NCBI GenBank assembly: GCA_028023455.1
Contig: JAQFVV010000011.1
Coordinates: 4,836,001-4,900,000 of the forward strand
DNA: 64,000 nt
Direction: 5' to 3'
Origin: Epiperipatus broadwayi
Lineage: Eukaryota > Animalia > Onychophora
Positions 40,562-52,289 of the stretch are shown here, piece after piece (the stretch's first letter is position 1; every line of letters begins with the position of its first letter). The notes beneath the pieces were generated by a model. The model was given only the letters and a program-made list of their open reading frames with translations, did not search any database and was not told the DNA's origin. Position numbers and translations under genes: made by a program.

Positions 40562-41085
40562 GGGGCTTTGAACCCAGACTTTCAAGCTTTCTACAGTTAT
40601 CCCTTCTATCCAATATAACCAATATACATGACCATATACATGTGAAAAAAATAAATGATCTCCACTATATGTATTTCATGTTAAATCAGCACTCATCATT
40701 TGGTCTGGATCATCATACATAAATGTAATCAGTGCTCGGTTTATATTAAGATAGCAAATCTGCACAATTTAATGGACAGGCTTCAATCCTCTCCACTCTC
40801 CAACTCTTCAGCCATCTATATTATTAAAAATCTGATGATGAATGCTCATGGATGGAGAGTGGAGAGGATTGAAGCGTCTCCCTTAAAGTTTGTAAATTTG
40901 CTATCTTAATATAAACTGAGCACTGATTATTTATATGTGTTGCAGATGATGATGGTTTAGGATAAAATACATATATTGGAGTTCATTTATTTTTTTCACA
41001 TCTATGTAGTTATGTGTATTGATTGTATTGAATAGAGTGGATGATTTACAGAGCTTGAAAGTCTAGGTTCAAATCCTCTTTAATT
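40562..41085. mobile_element. Family-1 head-to-head pair (minus 40562-40850; plus 40853-41085)
   Basis: Minus copy has a decayed HHR at 40662-40704. The plus copy lacks most of the HHR 5' half. Confidence 0.85.
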
Positions 41086-41563
41086 ACATCTAGATTAGGT
41101 ATAAATACTAGACTTGTAATTTAATAATAAAAGTTATGTATATTCTATTAATTTAACTATGCTTTTGTGGATAAGTAAAATGTTAAAATGAATCTAATGT
41201 ATAGTATACAGTATAATTAAGGCATATATCTAAGTAACAGGTTCTTGATCTGGATAATACAGAATTAGTTAAGTAATCATCTGGTCAGCAAATAAAAATC
41301 TCTAAACAATCTATTGTAGCCCCAAACCACTTGTGATCTCAGAATGAAAAACAAACTATTAGTAGATTCATATGTGTGTAAATACATGACCCTGATGTTC
41401 TTTGTGGTGCAGATATAAAGTATAAAATCCTGGGGAAAGTAAAATCTAAGAAAATGTGAGTTCACCTAACTGTCCAGATTATTCAAAAGTAAAAAAGTAT
41501 CCAGGAGAAAATTACAGGCTGAACAAACCTTTATTATTATTACTGTAAACTTCAGAATTAATA

Positions 41564-41568
<5 letters not shown>

Positions 41569-41630
<62 letters not shown>
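41569..41630. repeat. (TA)n microsatellite
   Basis: Dinucleotide run. Confidence 0.95.
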
Positions 41631-41633
<3 letters not shown>

Positions 41634-42039
41634 TTACCAAATGTGTAATAAAGAGAATTTATTAAATTATTACAAATTAATTTGCAAGTGACAAACTCAT
41701 TTACTAGGCTCAAAATTATCATAACATTCCTAGCCTAGAGATAAACTTCAAACTTCAGTTAAAAATAATATATTTCTATTATTCAAAGCATTTCCACTCC
41801 AACATAAATTCTTAAAACATATGAATAATGATATCTGAAAAAGACAAATGACTTCCAAAGTGCATTTTATGCTAAGTCAATATTCTTTATTTGGCTCAGG
41901 TCTTACACTTATTATCATTTATTTATTCAATATTTATCAATACTAAATTATTACTCCTTGATTTAAAATGTCAAATTCTTAGATAAATAGATAGATAAAT
42001 TGATGGATGAATATAAAAGAGTTAGATAGATGGATGAAT

Positions 42040-42195
42040 GGATGGATAAATAGTTAAATAGATAGGTAGGGGTAGATAGGGAGTAGGTAGGTAGGTAGGT
42101 ATATGAGGAGGTAGGTAGATAGGGAGTGGGTAGGTAGGTAGGGAAGTAGATAGGTAGGTAGGCAGACAGACAGCCAGGCAGGCAGGTAGGTAGGT
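42040..42195. repeat. Degenerate (TAGG)n/(TGGA)n tetranucleotide repeat
   Basis: Visible directly. Explains ORF 42022-42210. Confidence 0.9.
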
Positions 42196-43113
42196 ATTAT
42201 GCAGGTTCATGTCTGTCTAATTAACACTACAATTGTCCTATGATTTGATTAGATTATACTCCCACCTGGATAAGAATGTTATTTTAAAAATGTAGCAGCA
42301 ACATGTAGAACAAGATGAAATATCTATCCAATAAAAAACATTTTTTTAAAAAATGTGAAGGAAGAAGTGTTGTGACAGTAGATGAATATTCTAATATACA
42401 ATTAACATTTGATTTGATTAATGAGCTTTAAGAAAGTTTTCTGAATGGAAGACAACTTAGATATATCATTACATTTGTTGATATAAACTGGGCTCTTAAG
42501 AGAATCCATGAACTCTATTTTCTTTGTTTGTGAGTATTATATCTTGATAGTATTTTAGTTATAACCAATATTTATAAAAATATAGATTTTTGTAGCACTA
42601 AATTTTATCTAGATGTGATACAACCAAAGAAAAACATCAATGAGATTATTGAAATTCTTAACCAGAGCATATCAACAAATATGATGTTACACCTAAGCTG
42701 TTTACCATCTGGAAAATTTTCTTAAAACTCATTAATCAAATCAACTGTTAATTCTACTTGGTCATCTCTTAATTTTATATTTTATTGAATTGATATTTAA
42801 TCAAGTTCCACGTATTCCTAACTGTGTTTTTACATTTTTTTTAAAAAAATTTATTCTAACAATTTCCAGCATGATCCCATTGAAACGTGAAATAATGGAG
42901 CAGTTAATTACATAAGTTTTAATTCAGATAATATATCTTTTATAGTCTTAGTTTTAATATGTGAGGTTTTTTTTATTTTTATCTACAGTGTAAGATCTAT
43001 ACTAGAATAAAAGTTTTAATAGTGTATTAATCTTGTTTTTATTTTATTTATTTATTATTTGATAATAATATTAATAGCTTACACTATTTTAATCCTTGAT
43101 TTTTTTTTTAAAG

Positions 43114-43268
43114 ATAATCTTCAAAAGTTTACAAAACGGGAAAAGAAAATCAAAAAACAGTGTCATCGAAAATGTGAAACAAGGATAAAACAGCTGACCC
43201 GCATACTGAAAATTAAAAAGATTCAATATAGGAAAAAATGTAGCAGCAAAGAACGAGAAATATTTTGA
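43114..43268 (+). CDS. CHRDL: Chordin-like protein, terminal coding exon
   Basis: tttttaaag|AT, phase 1. Encodes NNLQKFTKREKKIKKQCHRKCETRIKQLTRILKIKKIQYRKKCSSKEREIF*. The C..C spacing resembles the vertebrate CHRDL1/2 tail as recalled. Confidence 0.82.
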
Positions 43269-46205
43269 CCCACATTAATTCTATTCCTTATCCAGTAATT
43301 ACAACAGATTTAGTTCAAGATGAGGAAATATTTGAGATTCATTATATCTATATACACACTGATTTAGTGTTCTAGCCATGGTTCAGGAACTTTAAATTAG
43401 AACTTAAAATTCGACTGGATTCGATAAATCATGATGTATTTTTTATTGTATATAATTGTTCAAGAATAATAATTTTAAACTGGACTTAAATTTAAAATTG
43501 TTGTTTATTTTACTTATTATCATAATAATTGCAAAATGAATAAAATACATTAGGAAATGATTTTTTTCTTTCACTTAGATATCTATTAAAAATAGGTTAC
43601 ATTATCAATTTAAAGTTGTAAGCTTGTGGTTAAGACCTGTAGAGGCCCCTACCTTCACATTTTTTTGAGCTTTTACGGACTTAGTAAATATTATCAATTT
43701 AAATTATTTTACTTCTCACTTGTGTACTTAGTGTATAAAAAGCATATATTTTAATATATATAAGATTTATACTTTCTTATTTACCATTTAATAACATTTA
43801 TTAAGAAATAATTATTTATTTTTGTATTGTAATAGAATGAACGAAGAATAAGCAGCAACCATAATAAAAGTAATGAACAAAGATACTGAGATCATTAAAA
43901 TGATCCGATCAAATAAGATAGAAGTTATATAAAATATTAATAATGTGTGTATACTTTAAAAAAAACTCTTAGTAATGTATAGTCTTTATTTTATATATAT
44001 AAAAAATTCTTAATCCTAAATGACATACATATAATTCCAAAGGGAATTTTAAAAGAAGCATATAACATTATTGCTCAGGAGGTTCGAGAATCAGACATGC
44101 AGTACCAGAATTGATCCTGGACCTCCCAATCCTGAGTCAAATACTTTATCAACTATACCAAATCACACAGGGTAGAGAATTAAACAGGATCCATATAAGC
44201 ATCAAATTCACTTATTGACTGATGCTAGATATTCAGATGACATTGGATTTAACTAAATATATTCAAGTGCAAAATGGAATAAATACTTAATCTGGCACTT
44301 AAATTTATTATGATAAAAAAAATCTTAATTAATTAGTAATAATGACAATAAAAATAGTAAGGCTAAAATCAATTATATTCAATAAAACAAATTGATTATT
44401 ACATCTAATTCTGATTTACTTACACACATCACATAGATATTAATTTCTTAACTAGATGAAGAGCTACATGCAAATGTAGTATTATTGTTTAAATATAAAT
44501 GATAAGTCATAAATAGGACACACTTATATAGATGCAAATATCTACTCATCTAGTAATATATTTCGATTATTAATTTCCAATTGGTCTTTAAATTGTAGAC
44601 TTGTTCTTTTATGTAGAAATCATAAATATACCTAGAGTATTTATATGTAAATGATTTAAATATATAAAAATATTTTAGTTAATTTCTCTTTTTAACTTAC
44701 AGATTAAACTATTTTAGCAAGTTATAATTCTTTCTATGGTAACATATAGAAAATGTAAATATATTGATATTTCAGAATTTAGATTTTCATTTATCATTTA
44801 ATATAAAATTATTTTGCAGAAAACATATTTTGATTATTCTGATACATTTTAGTAAATATAAGTTAATCGAGTCTTTTACAAAAATTGACATAAAATTTAA
44901 AACAAACTTTTTACCTGAGGCATAAACTGAAACTTTTTAAGGAAATTTTAAACTGATACAGTGCTTTATTTTGAAATTTTTGTAATCTGGTTTCATTTAA
45001 TCAATGTTATTTACCAGTTGATGTGAAATACTATTCTTTTTAGGTAATAAATGGATTTTTTAAAGTCTTAAAATTAATATCTTAAATAATATACATATTA
45101 TGTATGTATATTATTGGTTTCTTCTCTATCAACACTTGATTTCTTTCATCTAAGCTTTCACTTTTATATATGATAGCTTTAAAAATACTACTTGATTCTT
45201 CTATGAATAATAGGTTTCATTTGCTTATTCTAATATGCATGAGCACACCAGCCTCATATATAGATGCATCAATAAAATTCCTTGGTTAATAAATAGCTAA
45301 GAGAAATTAAGGTGTCCTTCAACTCTCTTTTAATTCTATACTGTTTAAACTTTTTATGCATCAAATGATGACTATCATTTGAGCTATATAGTCAACACAG
45401 GGCGCAATGTTGATATGCATGTCTGTGCTACTGCAAACCTTGACCAGCATCACATCTTATAAAAACAACTTTCTATTTATGCAAACTTCTGAATAAATGC
45501 TGAGCCATGTCAAGATTGGTAAGCATCGGAATTAATGCTAAGTATTATTTTCTTTTGATTAATATTAGAACACAATAATTGGTTTTCTAATCTTAGATTT
45601 ATCAAACTATTATATGTATAACTTATTTTTTTGATTAAGAAACAAAATTGTTCTTCAGTTAAAGTTTTTTTAAAATATTCTTTTAAACATGAGATATTTA
45701 AAACTAATTTTTATAATTACATAATCAGTAAAACAACATTTTTATTTTAACAAAATAATGTTTTTTCTTCTCTTTTGTTAAATTAATAATTGTCATTAGC
45801 AGTAAATAACAAACAAAGAGAACATTTTATTTAATTTTGACTAATTTAAGTATCAAAAACCTTATAAGCTACTTAATTAATATTTAAGTCATTTTAAGTT
45901 TTATTTTAATATTTATTTAAATAACTTTTGTATATGTACATTTTTTTATCCTTTATGTAAGTTAATCATAAGTACACATGCATTCTAACAAATCCATAAA
46001 TTCTATCAAGGCAACTCTTATACAATCTTGTGGGTTTGAGGTAATTATCTCAATCTATTATATATATATGAAAAACAAAAAACAAGTTAAAAACTTGCTA
46101 ACGCTTGTATTTATGTCAACAGATGGTGTTCTACCAAAAACACCATCAAGAGTATGTTTACATAAACGTCAGAGCATGCATTCACTATCTCTAACTTTAA
46201 TTCCA

Positions 46206-46249
46206 CTTCCAGATCATGATTTCAAGCTATTTGCTATCATCAGTGAAAG
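46206..46249 (-). ncRNA. Minimal type I hammerhead (family 5), minus strand
   Basis: CTTTCA-CTGATGA-TAGC aaata GCTT-GAAA-TCATGA-TC-TGGAAG. Confidence 0.8.
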
Positions 46250-46493
46250 ACAGTTAACTTGTTTTTTGTTTTTCATAAATGTACCTTTGAGGTCTTTCTA
46301 GCAATGATATATATTGCAGAGGCTTCTACTATGTGATGATGCTGAACTGAGATCAGACCCATATAGCTATCTGGCCTGCTATGCTGAGTTTGAAGACATT
46401 ACGTGTCTAAAAGATTCACGCTTGCAAGCTGAATAGAAACTGTTTCATAAACGCTTAGAGTTTGTGTTTAGATCTAATTTCTAAAATTCCTGT

Positions 46494-46537
46494 CTTTCAC
46501 TGACGATAGCAAATAGCTTGAAATCATGATCTGAAAG
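46494..46537 (+). ncRNA. Minimal type I hammerhead (family 5), plus strand
   Basis: CTTTCA-CTGACGA-TAGC aaata GCTT-GAAA-TCATGA-TC-TGAAAG. Perfect 6-bp helix I and palindromic helix III. Confidence 0.85.
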
Positions 46538-48167
46538 TGGAATTAAAGTTAGAGATAGTGAATGCACGCTCTGACGTTTATGTAAACATACGCTTGATGG
46601 TGTTTTTGGTAGAACGCCATCTGTTGACATATATATATATATGAATGTTGGTTTGTTTGTTACCTAATAACTCAACAAATATTGCATCAAACTTGATGAA
46701 TCTTATATGATTTTCTTTTCTTTTTTTTTTCTTTGGAGAGTTACATAATCCATGGATTTTTACTTTGTAGTCACTTATTGTTTGAAAAAAATTGCAAATT
46801 TAATGTGAGAAATCCATGGATACAGATTTTGAAAGTTTGTACTAGCAAGAAGGTTTAGGAAATTTTTCATCATCTAAAAGTAATATTTTTTAGAAAAATT
46901 GAAAATTATCAATATATTATTGCACTGAAAAAAAAAAAATTGTGTGTATTAAGAAGACTGTGACAATATTTGTGCAAACAAATAAACAAACATTCAAATA
47001 TACATATACATACTGTAATGGAACAGGTCCTGACCTTACATGACAGTAGACTTGATAGGCCATCAGACTGGATGACAAGGCATATCTAGGATATCTAAAG
47101 ATGTAGACTCCTGTCCACTCCAATCTCATTTCTGGTAGATGGTGTATTAACATCCAAACCTGTCAAAAATATACCTGTATACTCATCTCCTTTTTCCATT
47201 TTGAACTTCCCTTAACCCCAAAGTTCAAACTTAGGGGAAATATTCATAATATTCTGCTTCCGAGTATATCAATATCACTATTTATAATGTGCGATTATGT
47301 GACAAATTGAGAACTGAATGTAGAAAAAAACACAAAATGACAGTCTTTAATTTAAAATCATATGTTTAACAAATTTATTTACAATCAACATAATTTAGTA
47401 ATGACGTTATAATAAAGATAAACCAGTTGTTTAGAAATAGATAAACATCCTTTGATTATTACAGTTAATATCTGTGGTAAGTAATACTTCTGTGGTGTAA
47501 TTTTCATTATACCACTCTCACTTCAAGGTAGGACTGATTTCCATTTGCTTTTAACACCTCATGGAGGGGTGTAATAATAAATATATGACCAAAGACATGG
47601 AAAATGTTTGATCCCAGGATGGACATTTCATGCAGATCTCAATTCTTTACACATATCTTTATCATTGTTCAATAGATAGGTAGATAGCTGATTAATACAA
47701 TTTAATTGATAAGTATCACACTTATTGTTCTCCCAACTTTGACACAAACTACTTAATAAAAGTATATTATTAATCTTTATTAGTCATTCAGTAGACTAGA
47801 GATTATTCATTTAATATTATTCAATCATTGGATAATCTCTGGTCTACTGAATGACTAATAAAAAATATAGTATCTGTATCATTCTTGTAATTTATTTATT
47901 AACATTAGCCTGCCTTGATTATAATCTACATTTACTTCAGGAAGGGAAGTCATAACTAACTTTGCAGAGCATACCGTATTATTGGTCAGAAAATGGGTAT
48001 TTTAGTGCATTGGTGTCAATAAAAGCATTTCTTTAATTTTTCTCAATATATATTTTCTAATTTTTGGTTTTATATGGTTCCTGAAGTTATGAATGAAAAA
48101 AGTTTAGATACAGTTTAATACTTCTAGATTTCACCTTTCACCCAAAATGTCAGTCTATTCATTAGAC

Positions 48168-48661
48168 CAAGGGTGGGCAAATAGTGGCCCAAGGGCCACA
48201 TGTGGCCCGCTAATAGTTTTTATGTGGCCCACCAAGACAATCAGAATAATCCGCCTTGAACTGAGATTTCTTTCCCATGCATGACTGAAGATTTGCCTTG
48301 TATTTTCCACTAGGATGGCCGTGTCAATACACATACGCAGTGTAGATACGATGTGCAGTGCTTTTCCAGTTGATCTGGTTAATTTCAATTTTGTCTTTGC
48401 ATTAGCAAATATATGCCTTTCCAACTTTAGTGAAACCTTGAATCCTCCAAAAAAATGTAAAGTCGCTGATGAATGTCATGTGTTTAATGAAGAATGGACA
48501 AACAAATATTTCTTTGGTAATACAGGGAATAAAGCAGTGTGTTTATTGTGTCATGAAAAAAAGTGCGGCCCTCCACTAACCTTCGCTTCCACAAAGTGGC
48601 CCCCAATGCTGCCCTCCACCAACCTCTGTGGCCCCCAAGCCAAAACAATTGCCCACCCCTA
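48168..48661 (+). mobile_element. hAT (Charlie/SPIN-type) non-autonomous element
   Basis: TIR CAAGGGTGGGCAA / TTGCCCACCCCTA with 8-bp TSD CATTAGAC. Transposase N-terminal remnant KCKVADECHVFNEEWTNKYFF...KAVCLLCHE. Confidence 0.92.
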
Positions 48662-49180
48662 CATTAGACCATTTGCAACTAATTTGTACTTGGCAGTAGT
48701 GCAAGAAAGTGGGTATCAGTAGTAAGTGATTTGGTATTGATACTATTTCTAAACTGGAGGGAAAAAAATATTTTTATTTTTAGCCCATTTATGTACATAA
48801 ATGCGTTTCTTGAAAAAAAATTTAGTTTCTGCTTTTTAGTTTTATATAATTCCAGAAATTACAAATGTAGAAAGTTTAAATGCAATTTAAAGAGTATTAA
48901 ATTTTACAAAAATTCAAATTTTTTGCTATTTTTGGCCAAATTTGTTTGCAAATTCTAAAAAATTATATTATCCTCACAAATACATATGTATGCAAAGTGT
49001 CAACTAGATTTTAGATTGAAAATTGGCAAGTGCGTGAAAATTTTGCTGCAACATAACTAACAAAAAACAGTAAGTTAAATAAAAGAGTGTAATAAAAATA
49101 AGAATGCAACAATTATATTAAAAAGAATTAAATAATAAGCTATAGATAATTGGTATACATCTATCACTAATAGTCTAATA

Positions 49181-49662
49181 CAGAGGTGGGCAAATAGTGG
49201 CCCGAGGGCCACATATGGCCCGCTAAGTTTTTATGTGGCCCACCAAGGCAATCAGAAAAATCTGCCTTGAACTGAGATTTCCTTCCCTTGCGTGACTGAA
49301 AATTTGTCTCATATTTTCCACTAGGATAGCCACGTCAATACACATGTGCAGTGTAGATACGATGTGCAGTGCTTTTTGAGTTGATCAGGTTAATTTCAAT
49401 TTTGTCTTTGCATTAGCAAATATATACATTTCCAACTTTAGTGAAACCATGAACCCACCGAAAAAATGTAAAAATCGGTGATGAATGTCGTGTGTTTAAT
49501 AAAGAATGGACAAACAAATATTTCTTTGGTAATACATGGAATAAAGTAGTGTTTTTATTGTGTCAGGAAAAAAGGTGTGACCCTTCACTTCCACAAGGTG
49601 GCCTCTGATGCAGCCTTTCACCAATCTCTGTGGCCCCAAGCCAAAACAATTGCCCACCCCTG
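49181..49662 (+). mobile_element. Second copy of the same hAT non-autonomous element
   Basis: TIR CAGAGGTGGGCAA / TTGCCCACCCCTG with 8-bp TSD GTCTAATA. Confidence 0.93.
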
Positions 49663-50497
49663 GTCTAATAAAAGCCACATTGGATGATTAAATATTTTTT
49701 AAAAATCTTTATGTTTTTAAAAATCTCAAACAATATAACAAACAATAGTGACTAGAGCATACTGTATAGAGATATTTACACTTTAAAAAGTAAAGAAAAA
49801 TAAAAATGTTAACTGAGTTGATCCAAATAATAAATCAAAAAAATTTAAATTAAAACTAAGAAAATTCTGCAATTACAAACTAGAAAAATCGATTTAAATG
49901 ATTGATATTATAAGATGTACAAATTACCAGTATTCTGAATTGCTAGAAAGCCACTCATCAAAATTTAAAAAGAAAATAAATAAATTAAGATTCAGCAGAT
50001 GGGCCAATAAAGATAATCCATCTATTAAAAATAATACTGAAATAATAAAGACAAATGAAACAAAAAATGAATTTTAGTCTAAATAAAATTATTTTCTATT
50101 CTATAAACTTCAACTGTATCATCAGGCTCGAAAGTAAGTTAATTAAAGCAACTCCTAATCAAAAAACTGTGGAAAACCCATCATTAAAAGCATTTGAAAA
50201 TAAAGTTTTAGAATGCAATTATTTAGTAGATAATTGGATTTTTTGCCTAATTATATTTAAGCACTGGCTGAGCAGGATAGGTGATCCACCTTACCTCAAC
50301 TAGATTTAGCCTCACAACTAGAAATGCTTTGAATGACAGCATGATTAGAGTGTTCTGAATACAATTTACTATACTACTTCTTTTTCAATAAATTTTAAGA
50401 AGTGTCATATCCATTTATTAGTACAATGCATTTTTACTATGACTATCATATTACATGTAGAAATTGACAAATTGCTTTACAAAATGCATGCATTTCA

Positions 50498-50592
50498 TTG
50501 CTGTCAAGCATTGGTGGTCTAGTGGTTAGCATAGCCAACCTTCCAAGCAGCTGGCCCAGGTTCGTTTCCCAGTCAACACGTGACATATGAAA
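50498..50592 (+). mobile_element. tRNA-Gly-derived SINE with target-site duplication
   Basis: tRNA-Gly-like body at 50508-50580, A-tail, and flanking direct repeat AAAATGCATGCATTTCA (50481-50497 / 50593-50609). Confidence 0.85.
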
Positions 50593-50933
50593 AAAATGCA
50601 TGCATTTCAGAAATAAGTTCTTTCATCAGCTTCCTTGGAGTACTGCCATCAATATTAATAACAGTTTTATATTAAGATCATAATAATGAATGACTTTGTA
50701 TCAAAATGTGAATGTTTAGTATTGAGCACTAAATTAAGATTTTAAATAAAATGAATCTTTGATTCTGTCTTGATTAATGTACAGCTAAACAATCATAGCT
50801 CAAAATATTCATGCTTTGATACCAAATCAATCAATATGACAATATGAATATAAGGTGGCTGTCCATTATGTTTGCATGAATTGTGAACACACATATATGG
50901 TAGACTGATTTGGGAAATTCTTTCATGTACTAT

Positions 50934-51192
50934 AGCACTCATAACGCTCTAAACAAGCTTTTTTTTTATTATGATAAATGCTACTACAAAAGATGGCATT
51001 CAAATCATCTTTATCTTAGATTGTCCCCACCCCCAGACCGGTTTCGATCTATGGGTCTCGTCAGTGAGGAGTTGGTCGAAACCGGTCTGGGGATGGGGAC
51101 AATCTAAGATAAAGATGATTTGAATGCCTTCTCTTGTAGTAGCATTTATCATAATAATAAAAAAAAGCTTGTTTAGAGTGTTAGCATGCTCT
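50934..51192. mobile_element. Family-6 hairpin element (~110-bp arms) centred on a hammerhead
   Basis: Near-perfect inverted arms. HHR at 51031-51069 (minus) and a partial plus copy at 51074-51092. Confidence 0.9.
51031..51069 (-). ncRNA. Minimal type I hammerhead (family 6)
   Basis: CCTCA-CTGACGA-GACC cata GATC-GAAA-CCGG-TC-TGGGG. The opposite arm has GGTC, which restores helix II. Confidence 0.85.
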
Positions 51193-51831
51193 TAAGTTTA
51201 CATATTGGTAAATGCAAGCTATATATAAGTCATGTGACATCTGACTTTTTATTATTACTATAGCACTCATAGTAAATTTATTGCATAAGATAACAGGAGC
51301 TGAAATCTCTTCACAAATTTATTTGCATCTAATTTACAATGCATTACCTTATTTATTGCATATTTCCTTTGCCAGAATGCTTTATTTTCACATTCTTTTC
51401 ATTGCAAGCCCTCTAGAGAATAACAAAATATGTATGATCTATGCAATAAAAACTGATTTTATTATAAAAGAATCCAATTATTTTTCTTTATTTACATTTC
51501 ACCTACTTTTTGTAATATAGCGATCAGTGATTTTCCTGAAACAGAATGCAGGTAATTCATTTACACTGATGATATTTCTTCGACTTCTCAAATGAGATCT
51601 TTTCCTAAAATAAAATTTCAATAAGAGATTGGAGTTTTATGCTAATTTTTTCATCTAAACAACAGTTTTTTTTTTTTTTTTGTAATCTGAATAGAATCTT
51701 TTGCAATAGTACACTGAAACACAATTCTATTCTATGCTATTTTGAAGTAATCTGGATTGTAGCCTAACTTATTTTTCTCATTTTAGCTGATCTTAAATCA
51801 AAATTAATTTTTAGGAATAACTTCCTTGGAA

Positions 51832-52025
51832 AATATTTCTGTAGTGTAATTTTCACTACACCACCCTTATGCAAGATAGGCATTGGTTTCTATCTGATTT
51901 TAACAACTTATGGAGCTATGTAATCATAAACATATAGCAAACTCATGTAAAAGATATATGATCCCCAAAATGCATGTTTCCCTATCTCGCATAAGTGTGT
52001 AATGAAAATGTCACTACAGAAATAT
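51832..52025. mobile_element. Small MITE-like element with ~55-bp TIRs
   Basis: AATATTTCTGTAGTG...AGATAGG / CCTATCT...CACTACAGAAATATT. A related end sits at ~47484-47530. Confidence 0.6.
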
Positions 52026-52203
52026 TATTCATTAAGTGAATAATCTCTAGTCTAAGGAATGCCTAATAAAAATTATTAATATACTTTCATTAAGTGGTTT
52101 GTATAAAGTTGTGAGGGCAGTAGGTTTGATACTTATCAATTAAACTATAGTAATTTCCTTGCAAAGTTAGTTGACATTACTTAGAGTTGTCTCATATATC
52201 ATA

Positions 52204-52289
52204 GCATCGGCCGGGACGCGAACCCACAACCGTCTGCAACCAACTACTTGCTTGCAAGGCGGCTGCGATGACCTCTCGACTAACAACGC
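52204..52289 (-). mobile_element. tRNA-Gly-derived SINE-like copy, diverged with insertion
   Basis: Shares TCAA-GCGTTG start and GGGTTCGCGTCCCGGCCGATGC end. Confidence 0.6.

Larger units (their letters stand above)
46112..46631. mobile_element. Family-5 element: ~140-bp inverted arms, each with an intact-core minimal hammerhead
   Basis: Arms at 46112-46253 and 46490-46631 are near-identical in inverted orientation. Confidence 0.9.

Noticed and set aside
42022-42210. Pro/Tyr/Leu-rich ORF
   Set aside because: It is a translation of a (TAGG)n microsatellite.
43837-43890. Possible alternative terminal exon (aatag|AATGAACGAAG...)
   Set aside because: In phase 1 it gives an immediate stop and has no recognisable homology.
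48315-48722. 135-aa ORF as a host gene
   Set aside because: It lies within the hAT non-autonomous element. Only the central part is transposase N-terminus, and the rest is TIR-derived.
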